This document shows, piece by piece, positions 25,708-38,136 of a stretch of 64,000 nucleotides of DNA. Position numbers and translations under genes: made by a program. Within the stretch, counting starts at the first letter, position 1. The number at the start of each line of letters is the position of its first letter. A model generated the notes under the pieces. The model ran no database searches. It was not told the DNA's origin and saw nothing but the letters and a program-made list of their open reading frames with translations. Origin of the DNA: Phoronis australis (Eukaryota; Animalia; Phoronida); NCBI GenBank assembly GCA_002633005.1, contig NMRA01000019.1, forward strand, positions 1,681,261 to 1,745,260. Direction: 5' to 3'.

Positions 25708-25956
25708 GGGCCTGTTCCAAGAAACTGACTTAAGTTCATTTTTGACTTAAGTTTTAAGATTTGTCTTAACTTCCAAAGATTGAAACTTCCACATTCGGCA
25801 AGTTAGACACAGTTAAGACATAACTTGTGTCAAACACTTAAGTCAAATTTCAGATCTCTTTCATCAGTTGGTTTTGAGACAAATTTAACTTGTAGTTTAA
25901 AGTTTACCAAAATTTAAGATATATCTTAACTAAGTCAGTTTTGTTGTAACGGGCCC
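25708..25956. mobile_element. MITE (PIF/Harbinger-like)
   Basis: Terminal inverted repeats GGGCC(T/C)GTT.CAA...AACTGACTTA; 3-bp target duplication AAG; internal acttaagt repeats. Confidence 0.7.
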
Positions 25957-26035
25957 AAGATCTCTAGAGAGTTTGAAAGAACTGGAATTAAACCAGAAAA
26001 AACAGATCAAACTCGTGTCTTCAATGATATACATA

Positions 26036-26061
26036 AATATATATATATAGAGTTCTCTTGG

Positions 26062-26092
<31 letters not shown>

Positions 26093-26176
26093 CTATTGTT
26101 CTCTTAGTATATATATATATATACTTATAGTTCTCTTGTTGTATATATATATATATATATATATATACTTATATAC
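26036..26176. repeat. Compound (TA)n microsatellite interleaved with gttctctt units
   Basis: Four (TA)n runs separated by three gttctctt-containing spacers. Confidence 0.9.
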
Positions 26177-26296
26177 ATAAAGACATGCACGTGTGTCAAA
26201 ACATGTGCATTTTGATCTTTAGACAGCAGCTTCGGGAAAAACCACGAAGCACCTCACTATAACATTTTGATGGACATGACTTAAGCATCTACTTGC

Positions 26297-27054
26297 CTCT
26301 ACGTTGTCACTTAAAATGCATTCGCCATCTTCCTCATTTTCTTGCCATGACCACACCTCAACAGTGACTGAAGAACCGTCTACAGACGTTCGACTAGATT
26401 TTCTTGCAATACGTTCGCCGCCTGTCTGCCATAAATTCATTTTAACATCCTTTACCGGGAACAATGCTTGATCTCTCTGACCTTCCGCTGTGGACCAATA
26501 GAAGTTAATTTTGATTTTCCAACCATGGTGCAATTCCTTTAGATATGGAAGATGACCTGGATGATCAAGCCTTTCGCCATATGGTGTGTGACACACTAGG
26601 GCTAGATCCAAACAATTTCCGTTTTGGGTTGCCGAAGGACAAAGGTACGCAACGAATGTCCCCGACCACAGTTCGCATATTTTGTCGATGCATCTCTTGA
26701 TTTTGCTAAACCCGATCTTAAGAAAGGAGAAATGATGACAAGAGAAAACAAGCTCTTCGCCCTCCAGTCGAGGATTGCTTTCATTGGTGATGTCATCCAC
26801 TTGTCCGTTTGATTTGCGTAGAATGAAAAAGCCGGCTTCGTCACAACTTGTTACACCCATCTCTCGTAAAATGCTGTTCACGTTTACTTTAACTGTCACG
26901 GGAGTTTCGATTTTCGCGGGTTTGAATACTACCACACTAATCGTTTTCGGAAGCAAGTACAAAGAACCTGTGACAAGTTCATCTTTGGCAAGTTTCATCA
27001 TCAAAGGATGTTCAAACTCTATCACTTCATATGACATGCCTTCACCTTCAATCG
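26297..27054 (-). CDS. Host exon: ZU5-like plus UPA-like module with HFS motif
   Basis: 758-bp uninterrupted frame with a strong acceptor (tctttctcttttAG|CG, phase 1) and probable donor GAG|GCAAGT (phase 0). Protein has VVVFKP....TPVTVKV...FILRKS....DIT......LVFSCHHFSF, the typical ZU5 C-terminal pattern, followed by a beta-rich UPA-like region. Confidence 0.7.
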
Positions 27055-27487
27055 CTAAAAGAGAAAGAGTAATGATATCATACTAAACATATTCATTAAA
27101 CAGACTGTTACAGTTTAAGACAAAATAGAACTAAAACGAACCGTAAAACATGCTGAAATCTGTAAGTCAACCGAATGCTACTGCCGTGAAAAAATGCACC
27201 AAATCCCATCTCTTTCAAAGTGTGGAGATTATGCATCTTGAACATGGCATCTGGTTTCCCTAAAGCAGGCCAGGAGGAGTGAACTCTCATGGAAGCACAA
27301 TTATTGAAGAAAACTTCACCTGTGATCCAGTTTTTTTTCTGAATGTCTTTTCCATTTTAGAGACTGTTGCCTCTCCAGTACTTAGACCAGATGTCAATTT
27401 TATGAAAGCTAAGCAAAACTTAAACGAAATGTTTGGTATTGCTCTCCCGCGTCAGCATTGCTGTGTAAAAGTTTAGCTTAACATTAT

Positions 27488-28619
27488 CGGCCGATTTCAT
27501 CAAGGTGGTTAACAAAAACAAGTTTAAATCTTAAACCAGATCTGCCTAAGCCTGGTCTAATTTTAGACCCAACTTGCATTTCATCAACGTGGTTTAAAAG
27601 TCCGGAAACCTGGTTTTCTTAATCCATAGACCGGGTTTAGTAAAACAAGGTTTAAAGTATTCAAACCACAATGATGTGTCTATCTGGATTAACCCATCAG
27701 AGAAACTATTGAAGTGCGTCAACGAAACCTTGATCATGTGAGTATGCAGTGGAATCATATAAGACATTTGCGAAGAAGGTCTATAAGCTTGTCTCAGGAG
27801 AAAAATGTAATGTTTGAGTCCAACGCATGTACACACGTTCAAGTAAATGCTCACGGGTAGCCCCAACAGGATAAATGTCCAAATTTATTTTAGTGTCTAT
27901 TTTTGAGGCCAAAGGGGAGGAGGCAGGACCACTTCTAGGCAACATTAAATTGGGGACCAGCAGAATAAGAAGGTGCTATCTTCACTCAAACCCGTAGCGC
28001 TTACGACGATGACGCCCTGCTCGACCAGTCGTATTCTGAGGAATCCGAAGTACACCCTCCAACACTTACTGTCTAAGAAAAGGTGGATGCAAGAGGCCCA
28101 AGAGGTCGGGACCCCCTTTTTCCCTTGATATTAATGATATCAAATCTGTAAGTTTCAAATTGTTGGATCTGTCCATTTCATTTAAAAATCCTTGACCAAT
28201 ACCCCTCCCCTTTAAGACTCCTGGATATACCCCTGCTATGTTTGATCCTGTGTCGTCGTTAAACTGAATATTGAATGTAGTCCATTCTGACTCTAAAATT
28301 GCGTCGTATATGTACACCGCAGCATCATTCAGTAGCACCTATATTATGCAAGTCTTGCATATTTAACAGTTAAACCTGGGTCTGAGCAATTTTAAAATTA
28401 AACCTGGTTTAAAATCTTAATACAAGACTAAGGAATATGGACTTCATTGGTGAGATGAAAATTGACTGAGACCAGGTCTAAACTTGAGTTAAACCAGGTT
28501 TTACTAGACCAATGGTCCAAAAGTTAAACCACCTTCATCAAATGCCGATTATCTTTAAACCTGGTTTATTTCCAGTTTAAACCAGGTTTAACTTAAAACC
28601 ACCCTTATGAAATCGGCTG
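27488..28619. mobile_element. Non-autonomous TIR DNA transposon with (AAACC[A/T]GGTTT)-type subterminal arrays
   Basis: TIR C(G/A)GCCGATTTCAT.A.GGTGGTT at both ends; TAT on both flanks; many aaaccaggttt/aaacctggttt palindromes at 27530-27660 and 28370-28600. Confidence 0.8.
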
Positions 28620-29144
28620 TATAAGTGCAGCGTAGACTAACTCAATAAGTAGCAGTTCTGTATATTCTAAAAGACTTTGCACTTCTACTCAAGTGAGAAT
28701 TAAGTATTTCGGAAACTTTTCTGGGGATCGTGAGGCATGAATTGACTTTTCAAAAAAGACGCTTGAACTTAGACATATTTTTTGTCTCACGTTTCCAATT
28801 CAGAATTGCTGTATAATGGTTAAGTCAAAAAACAAGCGCATTTCAGTCCATAAAAATTGATAGAAATTGGCTCAATAACTGGCAGGTATGCCTATATTTC
28901 CAAGGCTGAACTTTGGTTTCAGTGAAATAAAGTTATTTTTCGATTTCTGGGCAGTTCATCCTTTTTTATCAACGGTACTGAACTGAAGAGTGATAAATAT
29001 TTTTTTCAGATAATAGTTGCATGGAGCAAAAAACCAAATTTGTGATGTCTGAATTAAATTTTCATGAAAGATAATGATGTAATCTAGAAGATTTTCTTTC
29101 GGTCTCCCCGTTCAACATAATACTGTTCAAGCATAAAACCTTAC

Positions 29145-29226
29145 ATGTAAGTAATGCCTTCTCAGTTCTCGGCCCTTCCTGAATCTCATGTGAATGCGAT
29201 GTTAACACTTGATTTTCCCTTTTCAC
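29145..29226 (-). CDS. Candidate upstream exon of the ZU5/protease gene
   Basis: tttttcttttgtAG|GTGAAA...ACAT|GTAAGG, 82 bp, phase 0-1, open (VKRENQVLTSHSHEIQEGPRTEKALLT); phase matches exon 27054. Confidence 0.45.
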
Positions 29227-29745
29227 CTACAAAAGAAAAACAAATCATAAATGTAACATAGTTGTGGCAGTTCCAAATCATGTGTTTGGTCGTTTCATGT
29301 TTCATCAAATAACACTTCAGTACAAAATTGTGTATGCCTCCTGAATTCCGAATGAGTGAAACTTCTGAATGCATGCCTTAAACGGTAAACAACCACTCCT
29401 AACCACAGATTACCTTTCATTTGCAGTGCTCGAATTAGCGACGTACAGGTAGGTCGCTGATGCAATCACAGATTGTTTGGCAACCTGAGAAAAAAGTCAG
29501 CACTGTGCGCACAGATACGCCGTATAATGTAACAATTTCGTAAAATTTAACAACTGGTACATTTTACTTCATTGTAACATTTTACATTGCTAAGCCTCTC
29601 CTAAAGTGTAATGAGTTGTTACATTTTAGTACTTGTTACAGTTCGTCGAATGCACATGCGAAAAATGTACCATTGTTACATTTTACGAAACCAACTTGAT
29701 GTTACAAAGAAATGACCGAAATGACGAACAAGTGGTGTCTGACAC

Positions 29746-30021
29746 GGCCGGGGGGTACTAGAGTGTTTTTGGATGAGGGACGCTGCCTGAAAAAAATTGG
29801 ATACCTACCCGATTAGAGAGTGGTCTCGGAAAAAATGTGACCCATTTAGAGACTAATTTTGGGTAAAAATCCACATTTTCGCACAGTTCTGCTCCAAAAC
29901 ACTGAAAAGGCACCCTTTTAGACAGTATTTTGTCAAAAGTGGCACCATTTTGGAGAGTATATTTTGCTGTGAAAAAATCCGTTTTGGGCGGCACTTTCCG
30001 TATACCTGTTCTGGAATGCCC
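29746..30021 (+). mobile_element. Small non-autonomous element of the CCGGGGGGTACT-terminus type
   Basis: Starts ccggggggtact; internal repeats accc.tt(t)agaga (four copies). Confidence 0.45.
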
Positions 30022-30467
30022 ATTATCCTTTTTTATTAGTATCGCATTAAAATTACGACTATTACTACTATTACTTACTACTATAAACTGCTATAACTAC
30101 TATATCTACTATCATTAATATTACTCGTTATTGTTATACCATGTAATTATTAGTATTAATAGTTTTAAATTCATTTATGCTTAGAAAAGTTGGAATAAAC
30201 ACGGTCTGCAAAGATTTTAAAACCATCCCATGTATGATTTATTATTGTTCCCGGGCTTTCCAAAGTGGACAGCGAGAGCTGTTACAAAAGAATTTTAAAT
30301 GAGTTCCTATGCACAGCCTTAACGTTACTGTGAGAAGCGTCTTGGCAGCTGTGGATACAGAGTAAGTTGACTTTTTGGAAACAAGGAGGGTGAGATTTTG
30401 TTTAGACGTGTACCAATTTAAAAATTGATTATTTCTAAACTATCGAAAAGCATTGTATTGTTTGTAA

Positions 30468-33400
30468 TAGTCTAGTTGCCAGCCCAATAGCCCCCATAGT
30501 GAACCCTGCAATGTTGATTACTGTAAAGTTTTTTGTTGAAACATATTAAATATGATCAGGAGAGCAAAATTACCTTGGTTGCACTTGGTGCAACTTTGAG
30601 CATTTTTTGCAATTCAAGAGGGCGGATTCCGCCATTTTGAATTTTGACTCACTTAAGTTTTTTTCAATTTGATAACTAACAGGGTCATGTAATACATTGC
30701 TTATACCATTTTCTAGGATGGAAAGTCCATTTCTGGCGTTATTTTATTAAGACAGGGTCATTTTAAAGGTCAAACCGAAGGTCAAAAGTCAAATCTGCCT
30801 AGCAGATTTCTGACATTTAGTTACTTATCTCATTACTTTTCATTTTCTCCGTTAACCTCTTCAAGATGTATTTTCAAAATGCTCACTATTACATACATGT
30901 ACAATAGTAGGCCAAACATTTTGCTCACAAGTTTCATGAGGGATGTATCGGCACAATAGAGAAAGCATATGGCATGGAAATGCTCATACGCTCAGCAGTT
31001 CAGTGCTGGTGCGTCCAGTATGGTTGCTGCCTATTACTCCCAAAAACACTACTCCGAAAAACATCTACGGCGAAAAGAAAACACTACTCCGAAGAAATCC
31101 ACGCCTCCTCCAAATATGAACACATTTATTCCATTTTATAACACTAATACATGCGCGCACCCATATGGGGAAATCGAATTCTTGGTAATGTGGACCTTTT
31201 ACAAACAAAAACATGGGACCAAGGAGGGATATTACGTTCAGGGCTATGATGTGTGCATTCGCTCCTTTTTAGTAGACTTTTGCCACGTTTTCTCGGACTT
31301 TTGTTGTTCTGAGGCGGATCTTTTTGCCCTTTACGCTCAAATGAGCCCCCTCCTGAGCCCCCCCCCCGGGAGTGCGCATGTAAAATGATAGTTTTTCTCT
31401 CCTTAAAGATAACTTCAAAGAAGATAGGATGGACGAGGTATTAACTACAAAGAAAGTAATAATGACAGTAATAAATCATTGGACTTCATTGTCCAAATTT
31501 ATTTTTGTGTGGGTATTTTGTTAGTTAGTAACAATATATTAAACCATTCGTGAAATTTTGAGAAAATTTAGGAAGATCGAGTGAAAAAGAAGCACTGCAG
31601 GTATACAATCTCATCACAGCCATGTTGTTACTTATTGTCTACTCAAATGGGACCAAGTCTTATGAAGAGCTGATGGTGTACATGTACCTGGAGATGGTCA
31701 ATAACCACCCATATCGGTAGATTGGCTTTGTAAGTAAGCACTGCTGCCTCTCATGTTTCTGCCTTCGCTTCTTCCTTCAGCAACCCTGTCTCAATGAGAT
31801 GTTGATATATTTCATTGAAGCAGGTCACCATAAACGTGGAAATTATTTTCGACTAGAATATGATGGCGCCTCCATGTACATGTACGTTGTCTTAATTTTC
31901 ACAATTTGCACGTAACTACATTCATAAATAAACAATTAACGGTTAGGCGCCATAACGTCAACCTAAACTACGACAAAAATTCGACAAACGTGCGATAAGT
32001 GTTCGACTAAGGTGCCAACCACTTCTGGCAAGAAGTTTATACCAATATTAGCAGTTTAACAGAGTTCTTTTGAAGTTTATATTGAAGTTTGCTGGACGTG
32101 GAGCACCTGTCCAATAGTCAAACAGTTCTACTCGAAGCTGCGCACAGCTGTCAACACTTGGATGACAAGGCTGCAGTACCACCTGGTCAATTCGAAGAAC
32201 AGGGATACTGTATATCAAACGAGTAAAAGGTTCGTATATCGTAAGGGCTATTTTAATGAGAGCCGAGCAATTTTAAAAGTGGACATGTGGATATAGAGGT
32301 TCAATGGGTGTACCCACCTTGATATTGCCATGCAGAACATAAGTAATGTGGAACAAAGGTGTAGTGGAGTGACGTAAAAAAGACTTAAGCACAAGAAGGG
32401 AGGAGAGGACCTGAACGAGGAAGACTAGAGCAAGACTGTGGAGGAGATGTAGAAGAACAGATACCCGCTCACTGACCAGCAATCATATATCCATAACATC
32501 TGCAATCGCCGAGTAAATTCCAGTACGAGCTGGTCATTGGGCATGAGCAAAGTAGTCAGCTTTTTAGTATCGGTAAGCAGTGAATGTTACAAAGCGATTT
32601 AAGAAAAAGTAAAAATGCTGGAGTTGCTGAAAAAGCCTGTACTGTCGAGGGAAAGCCACTGCGTTGAGACAATGTTCAGTTGCCTGTTAGTCGTAAGACA
32701 GCAATGTAACATTAACATAGCTGATATCTTTCAGTATGAACTTATTGAGTCCACTCCCTACAGCCCTATCGACAAATACGACAGTCTGAGGAAGGGTCAC
32801 AAAGCCATTTTGGTCAAATCTCTTCGCGTTATGTCCCAAATCATTCAGCTCCGGAGGTGGTGTTGGTTGCTGTTGCCCATGTTTTGTACCTGGTCGTTTG
32901 CAGTGTTTCCAGAAGTTTAAGAGATTCAGGTAAAACCTCGGCACTCCACTAGCTCCCTGTTTTCCGGCTTGTGAAACAATTATTCGCTTTAAAAATGTGA
33001 CCACTAAGATCGCTACACAAAGGACCATGAGACGATAACATGAGGGAAAGTTGAGGAAATCATGCTAACCCCAGTTCGCAAACATCCTTTTTGCAGCTAA
33101 AGTATTCTAAATAACGCTATGTTAAACAACCTTCTATGTGTATGAAGCTATTCCCTTCCATTGAACATCGAGCGGGTCAAGAAGAGCCAATGTGTAATTA
33201 CACATGCTGAAGCAGAGCTTGTATAGGTAAATGTTGAAAATGGTGGAAGAAGGCACGCACCCCGTCAGAATCACTTGTGACAACACTGGCGTCTCCGAGC
33301 TCTTCATTTATGGGGCGTATAAGATGACAGTTGACGTCAAGACTCAAATGAAGAATGGAATGGTAGAAATTGGTGACATTATGGAACATTTTAGATAATT

Positions 33401-34451
33401 GACCTGACAAAGTGCCGCCAACACGAGAGGTCACAAGACGTGAGGGTATTGGATAAAGAAAAGTTCTTTGTTTGAACGAGTCTCCAGACATGCCAATAAC
33501 CCCTCTCTGAGTAGACACGAAGGTATCAAGTTGAACTTCTCTCTCAGTCAGTGACTCTGGCCCACTCCTTTGAAGCTGTTCTCTACGAACGCAGACGCAG
33601 ACGGGGGGGGGGTGAAATTTTTTCGAGAACCAATGAGTCATCAATCCCCAGTAGAAGAAGCCAGTCGGGAAATTCACTTTATAGTAAGTTCCAGAAGTCA
33701 TAGTTTATGAGTTTTCCTTGGATTAATAATAGTGCCCATCCTAGTCGACGTATATAAAACCTGCACGGATTACGCGTAAACTTCATGTATACACATACAC
33801 TACGAGGAGGCAGTGTGGCTTAGTGTCTTCCCTCTACTCAAGGTTGTGTTTTCGAGTCATACGGGGCACACTGCTGGTCGCTTCAGTCAAGCCCCCAGAT
33901 CCTCAGCTGTGTTTCTACTGAAGGTTCTCAGCGCTATGCGCCTTCCTGAGCGGCATGCGTAGGTCTGGTACAAATATATTTTAAACTTATTATTGAGAGG
34001 TTGGGAGAATATCTCATTCCAATATTTAGCTTTCCCTTATTCTTGATATAATGGAATTACAGAAATGATAATTCCACATTTCCCATGAACTTAACATTCC
34101 TTTGGCTAAAAGAGATGCATTGTCCTTGATTCAGTTCAACGTGACCGTTGACCTCTCATTTGACCTTAACTTTGAACTTGCATCCATTACATGATATTAG
34201 AAATGGACTCTCCGTCCAAAAAACACTGGAAACCATTAATTCCATTATCCTACACGGTATCATGTTCAGAGTCTGGAAATTAGGCGAAATTCAAGATGGC
34301 GGAAGCCGCCATCTTGGATTATAAAAATGTTTCAAAGATGCACAAAGTGCAACCAAGTTAATTTTATTCTCCTAACTACACATAATAAATTTCCAAAAGA
34401 AAACTTTAGAGTAAAAAACAATGCAGGGTCAACTTTTTGGCAACTAGACTA
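30468..34451 (+). mobile_element. Academ-type DNA transposon, internally decayed
   Basis: Long TIRs of about 190 bp beginning TAGTCTAGTTGCC and ending GGCAACTAGACTA; 3-bp TSD TAA. Transposase remnants MFSCLLVVRQQ..I..IFQYEL..TPYS.IDKY.SLRKGHKA and XPG-like VRITCDNTGV (about 33260). Confidence 0.85.
33806..33995 (+). mobile_element. Possible decayed tRNA-derived SINE
   Basis: A-box-like TGGCTTAGTG, B-box-like TTCGAGTC and a (TTA)n-like tail; degenerate. Confidence 0.35.
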
Positions 34452-37400
34452 TAAATATGATTATATCCTGGAGTTTGCCATTAAGAACTGAATTCAAACC
34501 TCAAACTTTTACTTGCGTCTAACGTCTAAATGTGAGGATACCCACCGTGTAGTCACTTTGTCTCTTGTTGAAACATTCCCTTTCAAAGAACTGGTGCTCG
34601 TTGCATGGTGATGTGTTAGTTCAAAAATTTTGTTAAGTTGAACTCTGTAGGCAGACATTTTTCGAGAACTAAAGACTGGTCAGCTGTGGCTGCTGTCACC
34701 GAGTCTTTACAATAGCTGGTAACGGACATTCAAAACACGTAACCGTTTTATGTGGAAGGGGTCCGAATATCCTTAAAAAACACAGCGATTTAACAGAGTG
34801 ATTGTAAAGAATAGACAACTGTGAACATAGTCTGTTACATCGCTGGCGTGTTCAGCAATTGTTACCGCGATATTGATATCTAAATAAACTGTTGACCGGG
34901 TTCATTCAAATGTTCGACATGGGTGCAGCAGTCGAGACCCAGCCGTGTATCTAGAAGCTGTTTAGATGCAGTGGAACGTATGTGCCGACACTGAAGACCT
35001 GTAACATACAGAGTATAAAGGGGGGACCGCAAAATAGTGGTGTTCAAAGTCGTATGCTGAAAGGAAGGCAATGACCACAAGTGCATTGTTCACGAACTGT
35101 GTGAAAAGATAAGCTGTACTCTGACTCAGTAATATTAGTTCAGGTGCAGCATAAAGAATGGTCGACCCTGCTATGAAAAATATCAGTGTTTGTGTGTAAA
35201 CGTTTAATGTTGGAACCTTCATTAAATATAATTTCTTATAAATTCGTTTTTTAATGAATTGTTTGTTAAAGTCACGTCGACACAGTGATTTAACAAGGTT
35301 TCATTGAAAGTGGATTGTAACAAAAACTGCCAACGTCCAAGTAAGAAATGTTTAATATGCGCTTTTTATGTAATATATAAAAAGGGTTAATATACCAAAT
35401 TCCTTTACCTAACTAAAACCACGCGTCGTTGACAGCGAGCTGCAACACAAAAACGGCGCCTCATGAGACAAGGGGCTTAGTAGAATGTGCTAAACTACAG
35501 GTCTGAAAGCGCCATTTTCACGTCGAAATTGGACTTGTTTTCTCGCTGAAAACTTTTCGGAAATTGTGTAACCTAAGTCTGCATCAACCTACATGTACTT
35601 TCCAGCTAACTGCCGAGTCGAACAGTTTTCGAAATATACACGACATGAAAAATTGAGAAAGATTTGAATGAAATTGGGCTGGAGAACGAAAATAGATGAA
35701 ACGATGAGGACTTCGTAAACCCGCAATTATTCATATTGTAACATTACCAATGGGATTCGTTCTTTCAAGACCATCGACACTTGTTCGACAATTGACCGAT
35801 GGCGTCTTTGACGTGTCAGCGTGTCAGAAGTCACTCGTTACGTGTCACAAATGACTTGTCCAAAGGAGACGCAAGGTACGTTCCTTAAACGTCAGGGAAT
35901 GCGTAAAATTACTGTTCCACTTGACGTGTCAACAAGTCTTTTCGACTTTTGATCTATGGTAGGATTCTGAGAAGTCTCCACTGGGCAGAAATTAGCATAG
36001 TCTTTAATTCCACTCAAGCCCAAACAGAAGTTAGCTGTCAACATTGACGTGTTTAAACCTTCCATAGCATGCCTTTTGTAAAACCACGTTTCCAAAGTAA
36101 ACCCAGTTACTTTTTGCTTAAAATTGTAATTTGAATTTAGCTTTCTTAACCAATATATAAGTTAGAATTCAATAAAAACTCTTTGAAGTTGTTACATTAA
36201 AACTTAACAGATGTTTTTAAATGACATTCAGCAGGGCTACCCCGCGCGTGAGCACTGAATTGACCTTGAGTGAACACAGCAAGTCAGTCTCACCAAAAGA
36301 TTTCTTGAGTTCGGGTTCGTCTCCGTTTACTACGTAAGCCAACACTGCGTCCACTTCTGTCGTTTTGACCGGTAGATGGCGCTTTTGTAAACATGGTGGC
36401 TAGCAATTTCTGTTTTAGTCGGTATCCCATTTCTGAATCAATGTAAGTGTTACAAAAGAACTGTTGTAAACGCCGATACAGGTCATTCCCCGAACCGGAA
36501 ATCTAACCTGGACCACCCATGTACATCTATGTAAAAAGCGAGTTAAAAGGGGTTTGAGCGTAAATTGGTGATTTCCGACACCCCGCTGGGCACTGTTGCT
36601 GTTTGGNTAACCAATATATAAGTAAGAATTCAATAAAAACTCTTGGAAGTTGTTACATTAAAACTTAACAGATGTTTTTAAATGACACTCAGCAGGGCTA
36701 CCCCGCGCGTGAGCACTGAATTGACCTTGAGTGAACACAGCAAGTCAGTCTCACCAAAAGATTTCTTGAGTTCGGGTTCGTCTCCGTTTACTACGTAGGC
36801 CAACACTGCGTCCACTTCTGTCGTTTTGACCGGTAGATGGCGCTTTTGTAAACATGGTGGCTAGCAATTTCTGTTTTAGTCGGTATCCCATTTCTGAATC
36901 AATGTAAGTGTTACAAAAGAACTGTTGTAAACGCCGATACAGGTCATTCCCCGAACCGGAAATCTAACCTGGACCACCCATGTACATCTATGTAAAAAGC
37001 GAGTTAAAAGGGGTTTGAGCGTAAATTGGTGATTTCCGACACCCCGCTGGGCACTGTTGCTGTTTGGACTAGGGCAGTTGGAATATTGAATCTAGACACT
37101 GACCGTTGTATATCTTGAGTCTTGACTCCTAGTCTTCAGAGTTCAAGCATTCACACCTAACTAATTTGGAAACAAGTCAGATATAATGGTCCCTGGTTTT
37201 GAGAATGAAGCTGCCAACATGTTGTAATAACCACAAAGCAGGTTAACTAGTTATACCTCACATACAGTAAGTGTTAGCTAATTTTAATATGGAACACACC
37301 AGCGTCATGAGAGCAAATGTCTAGACGTGACCGGACGAATAGGCCTACATGTGTTGCTGGTCACATTATACTAGGAAAAATTGGGAAACTAGCAGGCGGA

Positions 37401-37559
37401 CGAACAAGAAGATAGCACAGAACAAGGGCAAGGTGGCATAAAGTTGATAAACGCAACAACTGAATAACATGCCTATTATGAATTAGACAGTGACCAACAT
37501 GCCTAGCTGGCCCCAGTAGAGACGCTACTCATCTGGGACCAGCTAGGAACTTCCTACGC

Positions 37560-38136
37560 CTGCAGAGTTTCGGTGAATTATGCCTCACACTGGTTAAAAC
37601 ATCAAAGTCACGTTGTTATAAGTACGTTTTGGGCATAGATGGACACCTTAGCAATCCATTGATGTCTTCCTTCTAACTACTCCGGAAATCAAACTTTTGC
37701 TTTTAGCAGTCGTTCGTTCAGTGGTCCAAATCGGCAACTGGCCATTTTTACACTAAAATTAAAACCCGGACGATCGCCGCACAAATAAAAAAGTTCATGT
37801 TCAATCAACGTTTCGTCTGTTCATTAGACATCATAAGGAAATACTGTACATTAAAGAGTCATTGGCCATTCAGAACCAGAATGCTAGTGATTCTCTGAAT
37901 AACATGCAGAGCTCAGTGACACTGCAACTATGACCAGCTGCTGACTATTTTACCTGTATCTCTCACTCCACTTGCTGTCCTTTGTACGGAATCATCCTTA
38001 TTTGTGCGGAGATCGTCCGGTTTTAAACTCACTATGGCCAAAAACTGATTTAATTAACAATATCATGTTTACACTGCGCACTCTCCTATTCTTATCGCGC
38101 CCGTCACTGTGAGGCATAATTCGCAGAAAATCTGCG
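37560..38136. repeat. Palindromic (fold-back) MITE-like element
   Basis: Inverted pairs gaattatgcctcaca (37575) / tgtgaggcataattc (38108) and aaaacccggacgatcgccgcacaaataa (37761) / ttatttgtgcggagatcgtccggtttt (37999). A related ggcataattcgc segment occurs at about 3499. Confidence 0.6.

Noticed and set aside
27108-27410. Possible exon just upstream of the ZU5 exon
   Set aside because: Every frame from the candidate acceptor meets a stop before a phase-compatible donor; cannot be supported without transcript data.
33198-33701. 167-aa minus-strand ORF
   Set aside because: Antisense to the decayed Academ transposase; no recognisable domain.
36486-36515. tRNA-like 3' end on the minus strand (ccaggttagatttccggttcggggaa)
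   Set aside because: T-loop is mutated and there is no matching 5' half or cloverleaf; at most a decayed tRNA/SINE fragment.
36148-37067. Near-perfect 460-bp tandem duplication
   Set aside because: The copies meet at a single N (36607); most likely an assembly overlap artefact.
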